Source: an uncultured virus (IMG/VR IMGVR_UViG_3300046004_000626) (lineage: Duplodnaviria; Heunggongvirae; Uroviricota; Caudoviricetes). Taken from it: 64,000 bases of DNA. The notes below the pieces were generated by a model. It searched no databases. It was given only the letters and a program-made list of their open reading frames with translations, and was not told the origin of the DNA. A program made the position numbers and the translations under genes. Positions 39,656-50,019 of this stretch are shown here, in pieces (the stretch's first letter is position 1; each line of letters opens with the position of its first letter). The DNA lies in IMG/VR virus record IMGVR_UViG_3300046004_000626. One strand, 5' to 3'.

Positions 39656-41632
39656 ATGAGAGAAATTAATAAAATATCTGAAGCATTGTTTGAAAAGATC
39701 CGTGATAGGTTTGAAGATGTTAGCTTAGGCGATGAAAATGCCAAGGCAACACAAAACCCAGAAGATGCACGTTTTTTCAACTTTGATTATACAGTTGATG
39801 GTACAAGCCACGGTAATATAACAATTAGCGTTATTGATGAAACTTCACTTAAAATATACTTTAGTAAAAATATCAGCAGTGACTTAGATGAAGAAGAAAA
39901 AGCTAAATGGTATGGCTTTTTAAGAGAGCTACGTGAGTTTGCTAAACGTAATCTATTGAGCTTTGAGCCACGTGATATTACACGTAGTACACTAAAACAC
40001 CGTGACTTACAACAAGTAAGCAAATCAGACAGCACATATAGTAAAGATGAAGTCATCGGTGAAAGCAGAATGCACGGCACAAGTCGTAGCAGTTACGAGC
40101 AAGATGGCAACGTGAAGATTATTGTACGTCACAGCGACAGAGTAGACCCAGAGCAACGTGGCGCACGTAGTCGCAAAATTAAAGCATTGTTTGTTGAAAC
40201 AACAGACGGTGAGCGTTTCAAATTACCATACAACAATTTAAGATACGCACGTGCTATGGCACGCCACGTATCGGAAGGCGGTAATGTTAATGATGATTTC
40301 GGTCAACACATTACTAAAGTAGCAGAAGAATGTAGTAAACTACGCCCATTTAAATCACAAATGGTACGTAGAACATTTGAAGATGCCGAAACACAAGCTA
40401 TGGTGGAAGCGGCATTTGAATATCATGGTTTATTGAATGACACTCTAAAAAGAATGAGCGGACGTAAGGGTTACGCTGCTTGCAAAGAAAGTTTCCAGAT
40501 GGATGAACAAACTCTAATGGATGACTTTGACGTTGATAGTATGCGTGAGCGTTTCGTTAGAAAAACTTACAATGACGCAACTGATTCGGCACTACCAATT
40601 GTACAAAAGGCATATAATATGAAAAAATCTAATAAATTCGCACAACAATTTGAATCATGGGCTACTAATGTAGCTGAAGGTACATGGGCTACACCAGAAG
40701 GTGAAGAACAAGTTACTAAACTAATCGATTTACTAATGGAACCACTTATTGTTGGTGTAGATGCTACTAATGCTACCAGCGCATTATACAACTTAATTGG
40801 CGACGATGTATTGTTTGATCAGTTAGAGTCACTAGCAGACCAAGACCCAGAAGCTGATGCACGTGATGTAGTTATGGATTGGGTACAAGAAAATATGCCA
40901 GAAATCTACGGTAAAGTTATGAACGAAATCGGCGACGTAGAGCCAGCCGATCAGACAGTTGATGAAGGTGGTGACGACATGGAATTTGATCGTGACCTTG
41001 ACGAACCTGATCAAGAATATGGTAGCGATTTAGAATTTGACCAAGATCGTGACAACCCAGATCAGTTTAATCGTGGAATGAGCGAAGGCGAATACGATGA
41101 AGACCAAGTTGAATCAATCCAAACAGCAATTATTCGTAGAATTACAAGCAACATTAGGCAACACCAAGAACTATTAATGAAAGCAGGCCCAGATGGTGTT
41201 ATGAATGCTGCACGTGATGTAGCATCATTCCACGCACCGATGGAAGAATTAGGCTCAAGTGATATTAGTGCTATGGTCCGTCAAGTATATAACGAAGTGG
41301 GCGTAGAATATCCAGAAATGAACGAAGGACGTATGAAAGAAGTTGACATGGATCTTACAGAACTATCAGATGAAGAATTTCAGGCAAAGTATAACAAATC
41401 TAAAGAAGAAATGAAAGCGGCATTAGCAGAAGGTTACGAAGATCACGTTAACAAAGATGAAAAATTAAAACGTATGGGCGCAAAACCATTAAGCTTCAAA
41501 GACAAACTTAAAACTATCCCTCATGGTATCAAGGCAATAGCTAAAGATGAACCAGAAGACGATGTGTCATTATACAATAAACAATTTGATGAAGATATCG
41601 CACAAATGCGTAAAATAGCAGGGCTACAATAA
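39656..41632 (+). CDS. conserved hypothetical late protein with acidic C-terminal half
   Basis: Long ORF; TAAATA 4 nt before ATG 39656. Confidence 0.7.
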   Translation: MREINKISEALFEKIRDRFEDVSLGDENAKATQNPEDARFFNFDYTVDGTSHGNITISVIDETSLKIYFSKNISSDLDEEEKAKWYGFLRELREFAKRNLLSFEPRDITRSTLKHRDLQQVSKSDSTYSKDEVIGESRMHGTSRSSYEQDGNVKIIVRHSDRVDPEQRGARSRKIKALFVETTDGERFKLPYNNLRYARAMARHVSEGGNVNDDFGQHITKVAEECSKLRPFKSQMVRRTFEDAETQAMVEAAFEYHGLLNDTLKRMSGRKGYAACKESFQMDEQTLMDDFDVDSMRERFVRKTYNDATDSALPIVQKAYNMKKSNKFAQQFESWATNVAEGTWATPEGEEQVTKLIDLLMEPLIVGVDATNATSALYNLIGDDVLFDQLESLADQDPEADARDVVMDWVQENMPEIYGKVMNEIGDVEPADQTVDEGGDDMEFDRDLDEPDQEYGSDLEFDQDRDNPDQFNRGMSEGEYDEDQVESIQTAIIRRITSNIRQHQELLMKAGPDGVMNAARDVASFHAPMEELGSSDISAMVRQVYNEVGVEYPEMNEGRMKEVDMDLTELSDEEFQAKYNKSKEEMKAALAEGYEDHVNKDEKLKRMGAKPLSFKDKLKTIPHGIKAIAKDEPEDDVSLYNKQFDEDIAQMRKIAGLQ

Positions 41633-41649
41633 TAACAAATTAGTTTTAT

Positions 41650-41678
41650 AAAAAGGCATTTTTTAATGCCTTTTTTCT
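41650..41678 (+). terminator. intrinsic terminator
   Basis: AAAAGGCATT...AATGCCTTTT hairpin with T run. Confidence 0.7.
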
Positions 41679-41696
41679 TGAGTAATAAATATTTGT

Positions 41697-42722
41697 ATGC
41701 ATAAATTAACAAAATTTTTCTGGCAGGTATATTTAAATAGACCATGGGCAGACAGAAGTGTGCCTATCATTGAAATAGAAGATGTAATTGCACTTAACTT
41801 TAATAGTATGTTTGATCGTAACTATGCATTTATGGGTACTGATCAATTAATATATCAAGTTGATAAAATAGGCGAAGGCAAACGTTTTCTTTTTGTATTC
41901 GAAGACGGTTGTAATCCGATTCTGTCAGGCGGCATAGAAATTGTCAAGTTGATTATTAAAAAATACAATCTTACTACCGAAACCTGTGTTATGTTCTGTA
42001 GAGATGATTTAGATATACCCAATGTAACTATACTCAAACATGACAGCATACAAATGTGGATAAATGTATTATATCCAACTATTAAAGACATACCTATGTC
42101 TACTAATCGATTTACTAAGAAATTTGCCGCATGGTTTCACCGAGGCACGTTTTATCGATTACAAATAGCTCGACAATTGTTTACTCACTATAGAGAAGAC
42201 TCGTACATATCATATCAAGAACGTGGTATGCTGGTTGATCTACCATTTCGTAAACACTTCGAAGATGATATAGCCTGGGCCGACGCCAATACACCTATTG
42301 TATATGATCAACTATTTCCAATGCGAGTATACAGTCATGACATGATAGTAGGTGCCGGCCGTAAACCGTATCATGATTATTTTATGGAAATTGTTGTAGA
42401 AACAGACTGTGTGAGTAATACATGGATCACAGAAAAAGCAATTAAGAATTTATATATAGGTCGACCATTCATTATGATGTCAGGCGCACACAGCCTAACA
42501 CGGTTACAACAAGCAGGATTTAAAACATTTAGCCCATGGTTTGATGAAAGTTATGACCAAATTGAAAATAATTATCAGCGATTTGAAGCTATTAAACAAG
42601 AAATAGATCGTATAGCTACATTTTCCTTAGACGAGCTTAACAGTATATTCCAAGAAATGTTGCCAACAATAGAGTATAATAGACATCATTATTTAAAATT
42701 AGTATCATCCCACAATAAATGA
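41697..42722 (+). CDS. glycosyltransferase-like protein (ET...TEK family), paralogue 1
   Basis: IVVET...ITEK...RPFI...GFKTF...DESYD motif shared with 46171 and 56114; GT10-like call is inference. Confidence 0.5.
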   Translation: MHKLTKFFWQVYLNRPWADRSVPIIEIEDVIALNFNSMFDRNYAFMGTDQLIYQVDKIGEGKRFLFVFEDGCNPILSGGIEIVKLIIKKYNLTTETCVMFCRDDLDIPNVTILKHDSIQMWINVLYPTIKDIPMSTNRFTKKFAAWFHRGTFYRLQIARQLFTHYREDSYISYQERGMLVDLPFRKHFEDDIAWADANTPIVYDQLFPMRVYSHDMIVGAGRKPYHDYFMEIVVETDCVSNTWITEKAIKNLYIGRPFIMMSGAHSLTRLQQAGFKTFSPWFDESYDQIENNYQRFEAIKQEIDRIATFSLDELNSIFQEMLPTIEYNRHHYLKLVSSHNK

Positions 42723-43513
42723 GCACAATAGTACTAGCAGGTGACAGTTGGGGTATCGGTGTATTCGGTGGCACTGGCAGTGACTACGGTCCTTTAGGTA
42801 TCGGCCCAGCATCTATACTACAAGAACACGGGCACACTGTGATTAATATAAGCAAAGCCGGTGGCTCGAATTGGTTACAACTTGATCGTATGGAAGGTAA
42901 TTGGAACAATACAGGCAGGTCTTTATATGGGCATTCTCACAGTGACGAATATAAAGAAATTGCCTGGGATACTGTGGATTATATTGTATTCCTGCAAACA
43001 GATATATTTAGAGAACACTATCTATATGTCAAGAAACCGCCCGATGCTGAATTCACACAGTGGAAAGAATTAGAGCATACGTTTGTTGATTCTTTATTGA
43101 AATACGATAGTTTAGATGATATGATTGCTGATTATTTTTCTAAATTCTATACTAAATTAAATGAAATTGCTCTGCAACATAATGTACAGGTATTAATGTT
43201 AGGGTGTTGGGGTCAACTACACCCGAGTATTGAACAATATAGTAATTTAACATCTGTAGTACCTAGTGCCACTAAATTATTAATACCTAATCTATTAGAA
43301 GATGTATATCTAAGCGACCCAGAATGGTATAGCCAACTAGCAGATACTCCAGAATTCATGCAGAAATTTGGCACAGAATTTAAGCCAATGTCTATTGTAG
43401 CCGCTGAGAAATTGGATCTTATATATAGTAATTGGAAAGAAGTACACCCAGACATTGTAGGATACAGTAAACTAATAGATGAGCTACTCCCATATTTTGG
43501 TAAAAATATCTAA
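42719..43513 (+). CDS. SGNH/GDSL-fold protein
   Basis: N-terminal AGDSW, NISKAGGSN block and C-terminal VHP. Confidence 0.65.
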   Translation: MSTIVLAGDSWGIGVFGGTGSDYGPLGIGPASILQEHGHTVINISKAGGSNWLQLDRMEGNWNNTGRSLYGHSHSDEYKEIAWDTVDYIVFLQTDIFREHYLYVKKPPDAEFTQWKELEHTFVDSLLKYDSLDDMIADYFSKFYTKLNEIALQHNVQVLMLGCWGQLHPSIEQYSNLTSVVPSATKLLIPNLLEDVYLSDPEWYSQLADTPEFMQKFGTEFKPMSIVAAEKLDLIYSNWKEVHPDIVGYSKLIDELLPYFGKNI

Positions 43514-43522
43514 ACTTTTTAC

Positions 43523-43551
43523 TTGACCTTGCTATCAATATAACGTATTAT
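43523..43551 (+). promoter_or_regulatory. probable sigma70-type promoter
   Basis: TTGACC-17-TATTAT upstream of gp32. Confidence 0.55.
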
Positions 43552-43635
43552 TAATGCATAGGTGATAAATACTATTGTAGGTAGCGGGAAGTTACTTATA
43601 TTAAGACCAACTTAAAACAACAGGAGAAACACATC

Positions 43636-44676
43636 ATGGCAACATCATTAGCAGAAATCAGAGCAAAGTTACAAGCGCAAGACACACGTAGTTCAGGTAA
43701 ATCATCCACAGGCGGCGGCGACAACGCAATCTATGCACACTGGAATATTGACGAAGGTGCAACAGCACGTATCCGTTTCTTACCAGATGCAGATCCAAAA
43801 AACACATTCTTCTGGGTTGAACGTAATATGATCAACTTAGAGTTCGCTGGCATTAAAGGCCAAACAGACAGTAAAAAAACAACAGTACAAGTACCATGTG
43901 TTGAGATGTGGGGTGAATCATGCCCGATCCTAGCAGAAGTACGTACATGGTTTAAAGATCCAAGTTTAGAAGAAATGGGTCGTAAATACTGGAAAAAGAA
44001 ATCATACTTATTCCAAGGCTTTGTACGTGAAAATCCATTGAAAGATGATAAGACTCCAGAAAATCCAATTCGTCGCTTTATCATTAGCCCACAGATTTTT
44101 AACTTGGTTAAATCAGCATTGATGGATCCAGAGTTAGAAAACTTGCCAACTGACTATGCAGGTGGTTTGGACTTTACTGCTACTAAAACAAGTAAAGGTG
44201 GTTATGCTGACTACAGTACTTCAAAATGGTCACGTAAAGAATCTGCATTAACTGTAGACGAAGCAGAAGCAATTGAGAAGTTTGGTTTATATAACCTTGC
44301 TGACTTCTTGCCTAAACGTCCAAACGAAGCAGAGCTTAAAATCATGAAAGAAATGTTTGAAGCAAGTGTTGATGGTCAACCATATGATGAAGAAAAATGG
44401 GGTGCGTACTTTAAACCACGCGGTTCATACACATCAAATGCTCCTGCAACGACTACTGCGGCTAGTGATGTAGCAGCTCAACCGGCAGACCGTGCAGTTG
44501 TTTCTGAGCATGTTGAAAGTGCTCCGGTGGCAATTGCTCCAGTAGCAGATGCTCCGTTTGATACTGATGAAGTAGAAGTTAGTGCTCCAACAGCACCAAT
44601 AGCTACTCCGGCAGCTGGCGGACAACGTGCTGAAGACATTTTAGCAATGATTCGCAATCGTCAGAAAACTGCTTAA
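43636..44676 (+). CDS. gp32: single-stranded DNA-binding protein
   Basis: RIRFLP, CPI, KYWKKKSY and GGYADYSTSKW motifs, acidic tail. Confidence 0.9.
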   Translation: MATSLAEIRAKLQAQDTRSSGKSSTGGGDNAIYAHWNIDEGATARIRFLPDADPKNTFFWVERNMINLEFAGIKGQTDSKKTTVQVPCVEMWGESCPILAEVRTWFKDPSLEEMGRKYWKKKSYLFQGFVRENPLKDDKTPENPIRRFIISPQIFNLVKSALMDPELENLPTDYAGGLDFTATKTSKGGYADYSTSKWSRKESALTVDEAEAIEKFGLYNLADFLPKRPNEAELKIMKEMFEASVDGQPYDEEKWGAYFKPRGSYTSNAPATTTAASDVAAQPADRAVVSEHVESAPVAIAPVADAPFDTDEVEVSAPTAPIATPAAGGQRAEDILAMIRNRQKTA

Positions 44677-44683
44677 TTGATAA

Positions 44684-44718
44684 AAGAGTAGGGATAGTTT
44701 AAGTACTATCCCTCTTTT
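44684..44718 (+). terminator. probable intrinsic terminator
   Basis: AGGGATAGT...ACTATCCCT stem followed by CTTTT. Confidence 0.65.
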
Positions 44719-44724
44719 CTAAAA

Positions 44725-45345
44725 ATGAAAATAGCAATTACTGGCACTACCTCAGGTTTAGGGTTAGCATTAAAAGAACATCTATTGCTTAACCATAATG
44801 TCTTGTCAATTGACAAACCGATAGTTAATTTAAGCACACTATCCGATCTACAAACTGTTGATTTATCCGGAGTTGATGTATTAATCAACAATGCCGGTCA
44901 TAGTCACGGCGGAGGCAAGGGTATACTAACTCATGATATAGAAGCTTGGACTGATATACTCGATGTCAACCTTCGGGCACCAATTTATCTAACACAGAAA
45001 TTTATTCAACAAAATCCCACAGGTAAAATTATCTTTATTACTAGCAGAGCGGTTGAATCTTCATTAGGCGGCGATAGCATTTATTCCGCAAGTAAAGCTG
45101 GGCTAACTACATTCATACAATGTATGCGTGATGAATTAAAAAATTCTAATTACCGATTAATAGAAATCCGCCCGGGTAGGATTAAAACATCATTTGCTAA
45201 GAATAGAAGAATACACGATGATCAAACTGTTAATTCTTTTTATGATACTAGACAACATATGACTGTTGACGAACTAGTAAAAGTAATCGATTCAGCAATT
45301 GAATTGGATTATATAGAAACAATAACTCTCACTAAGAATGCATAA
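44725..45345 (+). CDS. short-chain dehydrogenase/reductase
   Basis: TGTTSGLG, NNAG and YSASK motifs. Confidence 0.9.
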   Translation: MKIAITGTTSGLGLALKEHLLLNHNVLSIDKPIVNLSTLSDLQTVDLSGVDVLINNAGHSHGGGKGILTHDIEAWTDILDVNLRAPIYLTQKFIQQNPTGKIIFITSRAVESSLGGDSIYSASKAGLTTFIQCMRDELKNSNYRLIEIRPGRIKTSFAKNRRIHDDQTVNSFYDTRQHMTVDELVKVIDSAIELDYIETITLTKNA

Positions 45346-46180
45346 GTCTCCATTCATCGTAGTAAGATACCCAAGTGGCGGAGCTGGTAGATTTCTATCG
45401 ACTGCACTTCAATTAAGTAATGATATTGCTCATTGGGAGTCATCCATTGAAGCAATAAAGGGCACAGATAAGTTTGCTGAATCATATGTTAATTACGTTG
45501 ATTCAAAGTTCCCCGTTGATTTAACCTATCATTTACGATTAGAACCTGATTTACCATATCGCTCGGATTTTTACAGCGGCACATACGATCGAGGCACGCA
45601 GGTATCTTTTGAAGAATATAATCAATTGCTTGTTGATGGCCACGATGATTATTATTTTGATAATGTACAGGCAAATAAAAAAGTTAATTTAATATTACAT
45701 AAATCTGAGATACCTCAATTTATGTCAGGCAGTATTTTTGTTAATGTAATTATCACGTCAGAACGTGCTAGAGCATGGGTCGAGCAAATGGTATGGTCAA
45801 AACACTATTATGTCGAAGCACCTATGCTAATTAGACAATTACAACATGATCCTGCATACTGCAACCCAAAAAGAAAAGAGCTAGTAAAACAATTCTTCAC
45901 TGGCAATGCTGTGATACAAGTTGATAGTATTGATGAATTTAAGATGATTAATATTTCCCAAAATCCAGAATTTAATTTATTTTCTAGTACAGAAACTTTG
46001 TATCAACACCCAAGCAATCAACTAGTGAATAATTTAGTATTTGATCTTGATAATATATTCTCTATAGACACTGTAATTGATAATATAGAACAAATTACAC
46101 AAAGTAGTTCACTGGCAATGCCCGATAAAGATTTGTTAAGCAAAATTTATAATATATGGTGGAGTAGAAATTGCAAATAA
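45338..46180 (+). CDS. hypothetical protein with sulfotransferase-like N-terminal loop
   Basis: YPSGGAGRFLS motif, related to FTPFAGGKFIS of 47144. Confidence 0.4.
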   Translation: MHKSPFIVVRYPSGGAGRFLSTALQLSNDIAHWESSIEAIKGTDKFAESYVNYVDSKFPVDLTYHLRLEPDLPYRSDFYSGTYDRGTQVSFEEYNQLLVDGHDDYYFDNVQANKKVNLILHKSEIPQFMSGSIFVNVIITSERARAWVEQMVWSKHYYVEAPMLIRQLQHDPAYCNPKRKELVKQFFTGNAVIQVDSIDEFKMINISQNPEFNLFSSTETLYQHPSNQLVNNLVFDLDNIFSIDTVIDNIEQITQSSSLAMPDKDLLSKIYNIWWSRNCK

Positions 46181-47151
46181 CACAATATCAACTCTTACCC
46201 GAATCAGCAATCGACTTTGCCGGCCTACCAGCCAGGTTTCAATTGCTTGATCACCTTGGTGGATTTGACGTAGATAATTGTAATGCGGTATTAGATAGTA
46301 TAAACGATTACGCAGGTGCGCAGGGCAAACAATACGACATTCAATATCATAATGTTTTATCGCAGGCGGTTCATGCTAATTATTCAAATTTAAATATTCG
46401 GTTTTCATCAGAGTATCAGCATACATTAAATTTCTCACACTTTACTAATATTAAATTAGTCGATAAAGAAAAAGATTTTAAGAACTTTGTATGTTCTTTT
46501 AATGGGTCCGAACATATATCGCGACAATTGTTAACATCGGCACTACATAAATTTGGTTGGTTTACACCTGAATACAATACTAAAAATTTCTCCACATATA
46601 AAGATCGAATCGATGGTAATATAATTGCGTGTTTTGAATCTAGTCTAGATGAACGATTTTATAGAAAATTTATCATAGCAGATGGTGCTGATGCGGACGA
46701 GTTTTATAATAATATCTATTCAATTGACTATACACGCTATAATCATAAACGTAATATAAAAATACTATTAGACAAGATAAATCAATCATTTATACAAATA
46801 GTATCGGAAACAATGGCAACCAGCAACGTACCGTTTGTTACCGAAAAGTTTTTATATCCAGTAGTAGGTAAATCTTTATGGCTAGGTTATAGTCAACCGG
46901 GCTGGCACCGGCATTTAGCTGAAATATACGGATTTAAACTATTCACTACAATATTTAATTATGACTTTGACTCAATTACCAATCCAGTTGTTCGATTAGT
47001 AGAACTTCTAAGTATGTTATCAAAGTTTGGTCATTTGACCACTGCCGATTGGCATGATTTATATCTATTAGAAAAAGACACGGTTGATTATAATTATGAT
47101 TGGTACATGAGTAAACATTACCTAACACAACTAGAGAAATTCAATGGTTAA
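46171..47151 (+). CDS. glycosyltransferase-like protein (ET...TEK family), paralogue 2
   Basis: IVSET...FVTEK...GFKLF...YDFD. Confidence 0.5.
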   Translation: MQITQYQLLPESAIDFAGLPARFQLLDHLGGFDVDNCNAVLDSINDYAGAQGKQYDIQYHNVLSQAVHANYSNLNIRFSSEYQHTLNFSHFTNIKLVDKEKDFKNFVCSFNGSEHISRQLLTSALHKFGWFTPEYNTKNFSTYKDRIDGNIIACFESSLDERFYRKFIIADGADADEFYNNIYSIDYTRYNHKRNIKILLDKINQSFIQIVSETMATSNVPFVTEKFLYPVVGKSLWLGYSQPGWHRHLAEIYGFKLFTTIFNYDFDSITNPVVRLVELLSMLSKFGHLTTADWHDLYLLEKDTVDYNYDWYMSKHYLTQLEKFNG

Positions 47152-47938
47152 TTTCGACAGCACAAATCCAGTTATTATACAATTTACACCATTTGCCGGC
47201 GGCAAATTTATAAGCAATTGTTTATCATTGAGTAAGTATGCTGTACCGCAGGATACTCGTGCTGCTGAATATTTGATTAATAGTCCCAATGATTATCAGT
47301 TTAGACTAGAGACTGCATTAAATTCGCTAGCACCGAGGCATGACATGCTAAATTGGATATCAATGTATGAATATGGCGATGCTGACATATATGGACCGGT
47401 CCAGGAACTATGGAGAACAGGTAGCCCAACTATTAATTATATAAATTCACTCACCGAGCAGCTATCAAAATCAAATTTAAAATTCTTCATTTGCTCTCAT
47501 AGAGGTCCGGGCGAGGTATTAAATTTGCTTAAAGTGTGGCCTAATGCCACTGTGATAATGTTAAAAAATTATAGAAAATTCTTTGATATTGCAGCAAAAC
47601 TAAAAACATCAAATCTACAACCGATTGAATCATACGCAGGTAATTATTGTAAAGAAAAATACAATATACTAAAAGGACACGATTGGCCAACCTGGGAACA
47701 ATTTGAAAATGATAATTACATAACTGACAACGATGAAATGCAAAAATTCTATCTGTGGCATCTTGTAAAAAATAAAAAAATAGTTGTTGATGTGGACTCG
47801 ACTATTTTTGCTGCAGAATTGTTTATCAGCAATATGCAACAGTTATATACTCAACTAGGATTCGATGACTTTGATCCTAGTGCAATTGGTAAATTTTGGA
47901 AAAGATATATGTCATTACATGTAGACATAGCAGTATAA
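47144..47938 (+). CDS. hypothetical protein with sulfotransferase-like N-terminal loop
   Basis: FTPFAGGKFISNCL and KGHDWPTWEQF motifs. Confidence 0.4.
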   Translation: MVNFDSTNPVIIQFTPFAGGKFISNCLSLSKYAVPQDTRAAEYLINSPNDYQFRLETALNSLAPRHDMLNWISMYEYGDADIYGPVQELWRTGSPTINYINSLTEQLSKSNLKFFICSHRGPGEVLNLLKVWPNATVIMLKNYRKFFDIAAKLKTSNLQPIESYAGNYCKEKYNILKGHDWPTWEQFENDNYITDNDEMQKFYLWHLVKNKKIVVDVDSTIFAAELFISNMQQLYTQLGFDDFDPSAIGKFWKRYMSLHVDIAV

Positions 47939-47950
47939 TTCATGTAAAAT
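47922..47950 (+). promoter_or_regulatory. probable sigma70-type promoter for uvsX
   Basis: TAGACA-17-TAAAAT with extended TG. Confidence 0.55.
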
Positions 47951-47980
47951 AAACTTAATACACACTCAAAGGAAAACATT

Positions 47981-49081
47981 ATGGCAAAACCATTCGACAT
48001 TAGTAAATTTAGAAAATCAATTACCAAATCAATTGATGGGTTAGGTATTGGCTTTAACGATCCTACAGATTGGATCAGTACAGGCAACTACACATTAAAC
48101 TATCTATTAAGCGGAGACTTTAATAAAGGCATTCCTATGGGTAAGGTAACTGTGTTTGCTGGTGAATCGGGTGCAGGAAAATCATTTATCTGTTCGGGTA
48201 ATATTGTACGTCATGCACAGGAGCAAGGCATTTATGTTATTTTAATTGATACAGAAAACGCACTTGACGAAGCATGGCTACACGCATTGGGTGTAGATAC
48301 AGACGAAAGTAAACTGCTTAAACTTAACATGGCTATGATTGATGATGTGGCTAAAGTTATCAGTGACTTTGTTAAAGAGTATCGTACCCTTCCAGAAGAA
48401 GACCGTCCTAAAGTATTGTTTGTTCTGGACAGTTTAGGAATGATGTTAACTCCGACAGACGTTAACCAGTTTGAAGCAGGTGAAATGAAAGGTGATATGG
48501 GTCGTAAACCTAAAGCACTAACAGCACTTGTACGTAACTGTGTGAACATGTTTGGTACATTAAACTTAGGTCTAGTAGCAACTAACCATACGTATGCGTC
48601 ACAGGATATGTTTGACCCAGATGACAAGATTAGTGGCGGTCAAGGCTTTATCTATGCTTCAAGTATTGTTGTAGCTATGCGTAAACTTAAACTTAAAACA
48701 GACGCTGACGGTAATAAGACCACAACAGTTAACGGTATCCGTGCCGCTTGTAAGATTATGAAGACACGATATGCTAAACCGTTTGAGAGTGTACAAGTAG
48801 AGATTCCATATGAAACTGGTATGAGTCCTTATTCAGGTATGGTAGATATGTTAGAAGCTAAAAACATGCTGAAAAAAGAAGGCAACAGTTTAGTCTACAC
48901 ACTAGCAGACGGGGTTGTTATTAAAAAATTCCGTAAAGCATGGGAACGTAATGAAGATGAGTGTCTAGATAAAGTAATGAAAGAAATTTCAACTAATGTG
49001 CATTTGCTAAGTACAAAAGCTACCGACGTAGCAGACGAAGATTTATCTGAAAACCAAGTACTTGAACAAGGGACTGAATAA
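47981..49081 (+). CDS. uvsX: RecA-like recombinase
   Basis: GESGAGKS, IDTENA, LDSLG, TNHTY and SGG motifs. Confidence 0.95.
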   Translation: MAKPFDISKFRKSITKSIDGLGIGFNDPTDWISTGNYTLNYLLSGDFNKGIPMGKVTVFAGESGAGKSFICSGNIVRHAQEQGIYVILIDTENALDEAWLHALGVDTDESKLLKLNMAMIDDVAKVISDFVKEYRTLPEEDRPKVLFVLDSLGMMLTPTDVNQFEAGEMKGDMGRKPKALTALVRNCVNMFGTLNLGLVATNHTYASQDMFDPDDKISGGQGFIYASSIVVAMRKLKLKTDADGNKTTTVNGIRAACKIMKTRYAKPFESVQVEIPYETGMSPYSGMVDMLEAKNMLKKEGNSLVYTLADGVVIKKFRKAWERNEDECLDKVMKEISTNVHLLSTKATDVADEDLSENQVLEQGTE

Positions 49082-49311
49082 TGAGTTTAGAAATTGATTT
49101 GTTAAGTGAAATGTGGCTTACTACTAAGGAATATATTTCACAAAAAGATCGACAGGCAGTAGCAGATCATGTGGTTAATGTAGTTGCTGATCACAGCATT
49201 ACAGAAGCAGATTTGAAAAAGTTTGGCGGTACCGATGCATACCTTAGACGTGCTGTGGAAGAATATCTAGGCGAAGAAGCCGAACCTGAAAACGACTACG
49301 ACGACGAGTAA
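49081..49311 (+). CDS. hypothetical protein
   Basis: 76 aa between uvsX and uvsY. Confidence 0.65.
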   Translation: MSLEIDLLSEMWLTTKEYISQKDRQAVADHVVNVVADHSITEADLKKFGGTDAYLRRAVEEYLGEEAEPENDYDDE

Positions 49312-49313
49312 GT

Positions 49314-49772
49314 ATGTGGTATAACCGAGTAGTACAAAATATTGGCGCATTGCCTGACTTCATTGACTACTATAGTAATGAGCTAGCACAGGCTAAAAAT
49401 GAAGTTAAGGTACACGGCAATATTGAAAAAGGCCTAGCTACTTTACCCGGAGTTACAGAGCAACGTTTCAATCAGTTACAGGAGATTGAAGCGGTGCTTA
49501 ACTTTCTCAACATCAAACTTCGTAAAATCCGTCAGGACCACTACAAAAAGTATCTTGAAGCCTATGCACGTGCGCTGACCAGTCGCGATGCTGAAAAGTA
49601 TGTCGATGGTGAAAGCGAAGTTATTGATATGGAAACCATCATTAACGAAGTAGCCTTACTGCGTAATAAATGGCTAGGCATTATGAAAGGTTTGGAAGCA
49701 AAATCATACATGATTGGACATATTGTTAGACTGCGCACAGCAGGAATGGAAGATGCAACAGTTAATCAATAA
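49314..49772 (+). CDS. uvsY: recombination mediator
   Basis: Helical 152 aa; KYVDGE, KGLEAKSY and LRTAG motifs; near uvsX. Confidence 0.8.
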   Translation: MWYNRVVQNIGALPDFIDYYSNELAQAKNEVKVHGNIEKGLATLPGVTEQRFNQLQEIEAVLNFLNIKLRKIRQDHYKKYLEAYARALTSRDAEKYVDGESEVIDMETIINEVALLRNKWLGIMKGLEAKSYMIGHIVRLRTAGMEDATVNQ

Positions 49773-50019
49773 CGTAGACGAACTGTTAGCACAGTGGGAA
49801 GAGATTAAATACGTTTCTTCTCATATTGGCCCAAACGATAATATTGACATATTGGATTATATGAATCGTAAAGGTCAACTCATACACTATTCACAAGAAT
49901 TACGATTTGCGAGATTAAGTAATAACACAATAGACGAAGCTGACTATACTGCAAAATTTATAGAAGCATACACTACTTTCAGCAAAGACTTTATTTTTAG
50001 GATATTAAAAAATGGCTAG
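49753..50019 (+). CDS. hypothetical protein
   Basis: ATG 49753 after AGGA; overlaps both neighbours. Confidence 0.5.
   Translation: MQQLINNVDELLAQWEEIKYVSSHIGPNDNIDILDYMNRKGQLIHYSQELRFARLSNNTIDEADYTAKFIEAYTTFSKDFIFRILKNG

Noticed and set aside
38078..49081. Introns or inteins in terminase, gp32 or uvsX
   Set aside because: All have ordinary lengths and continuous motifs
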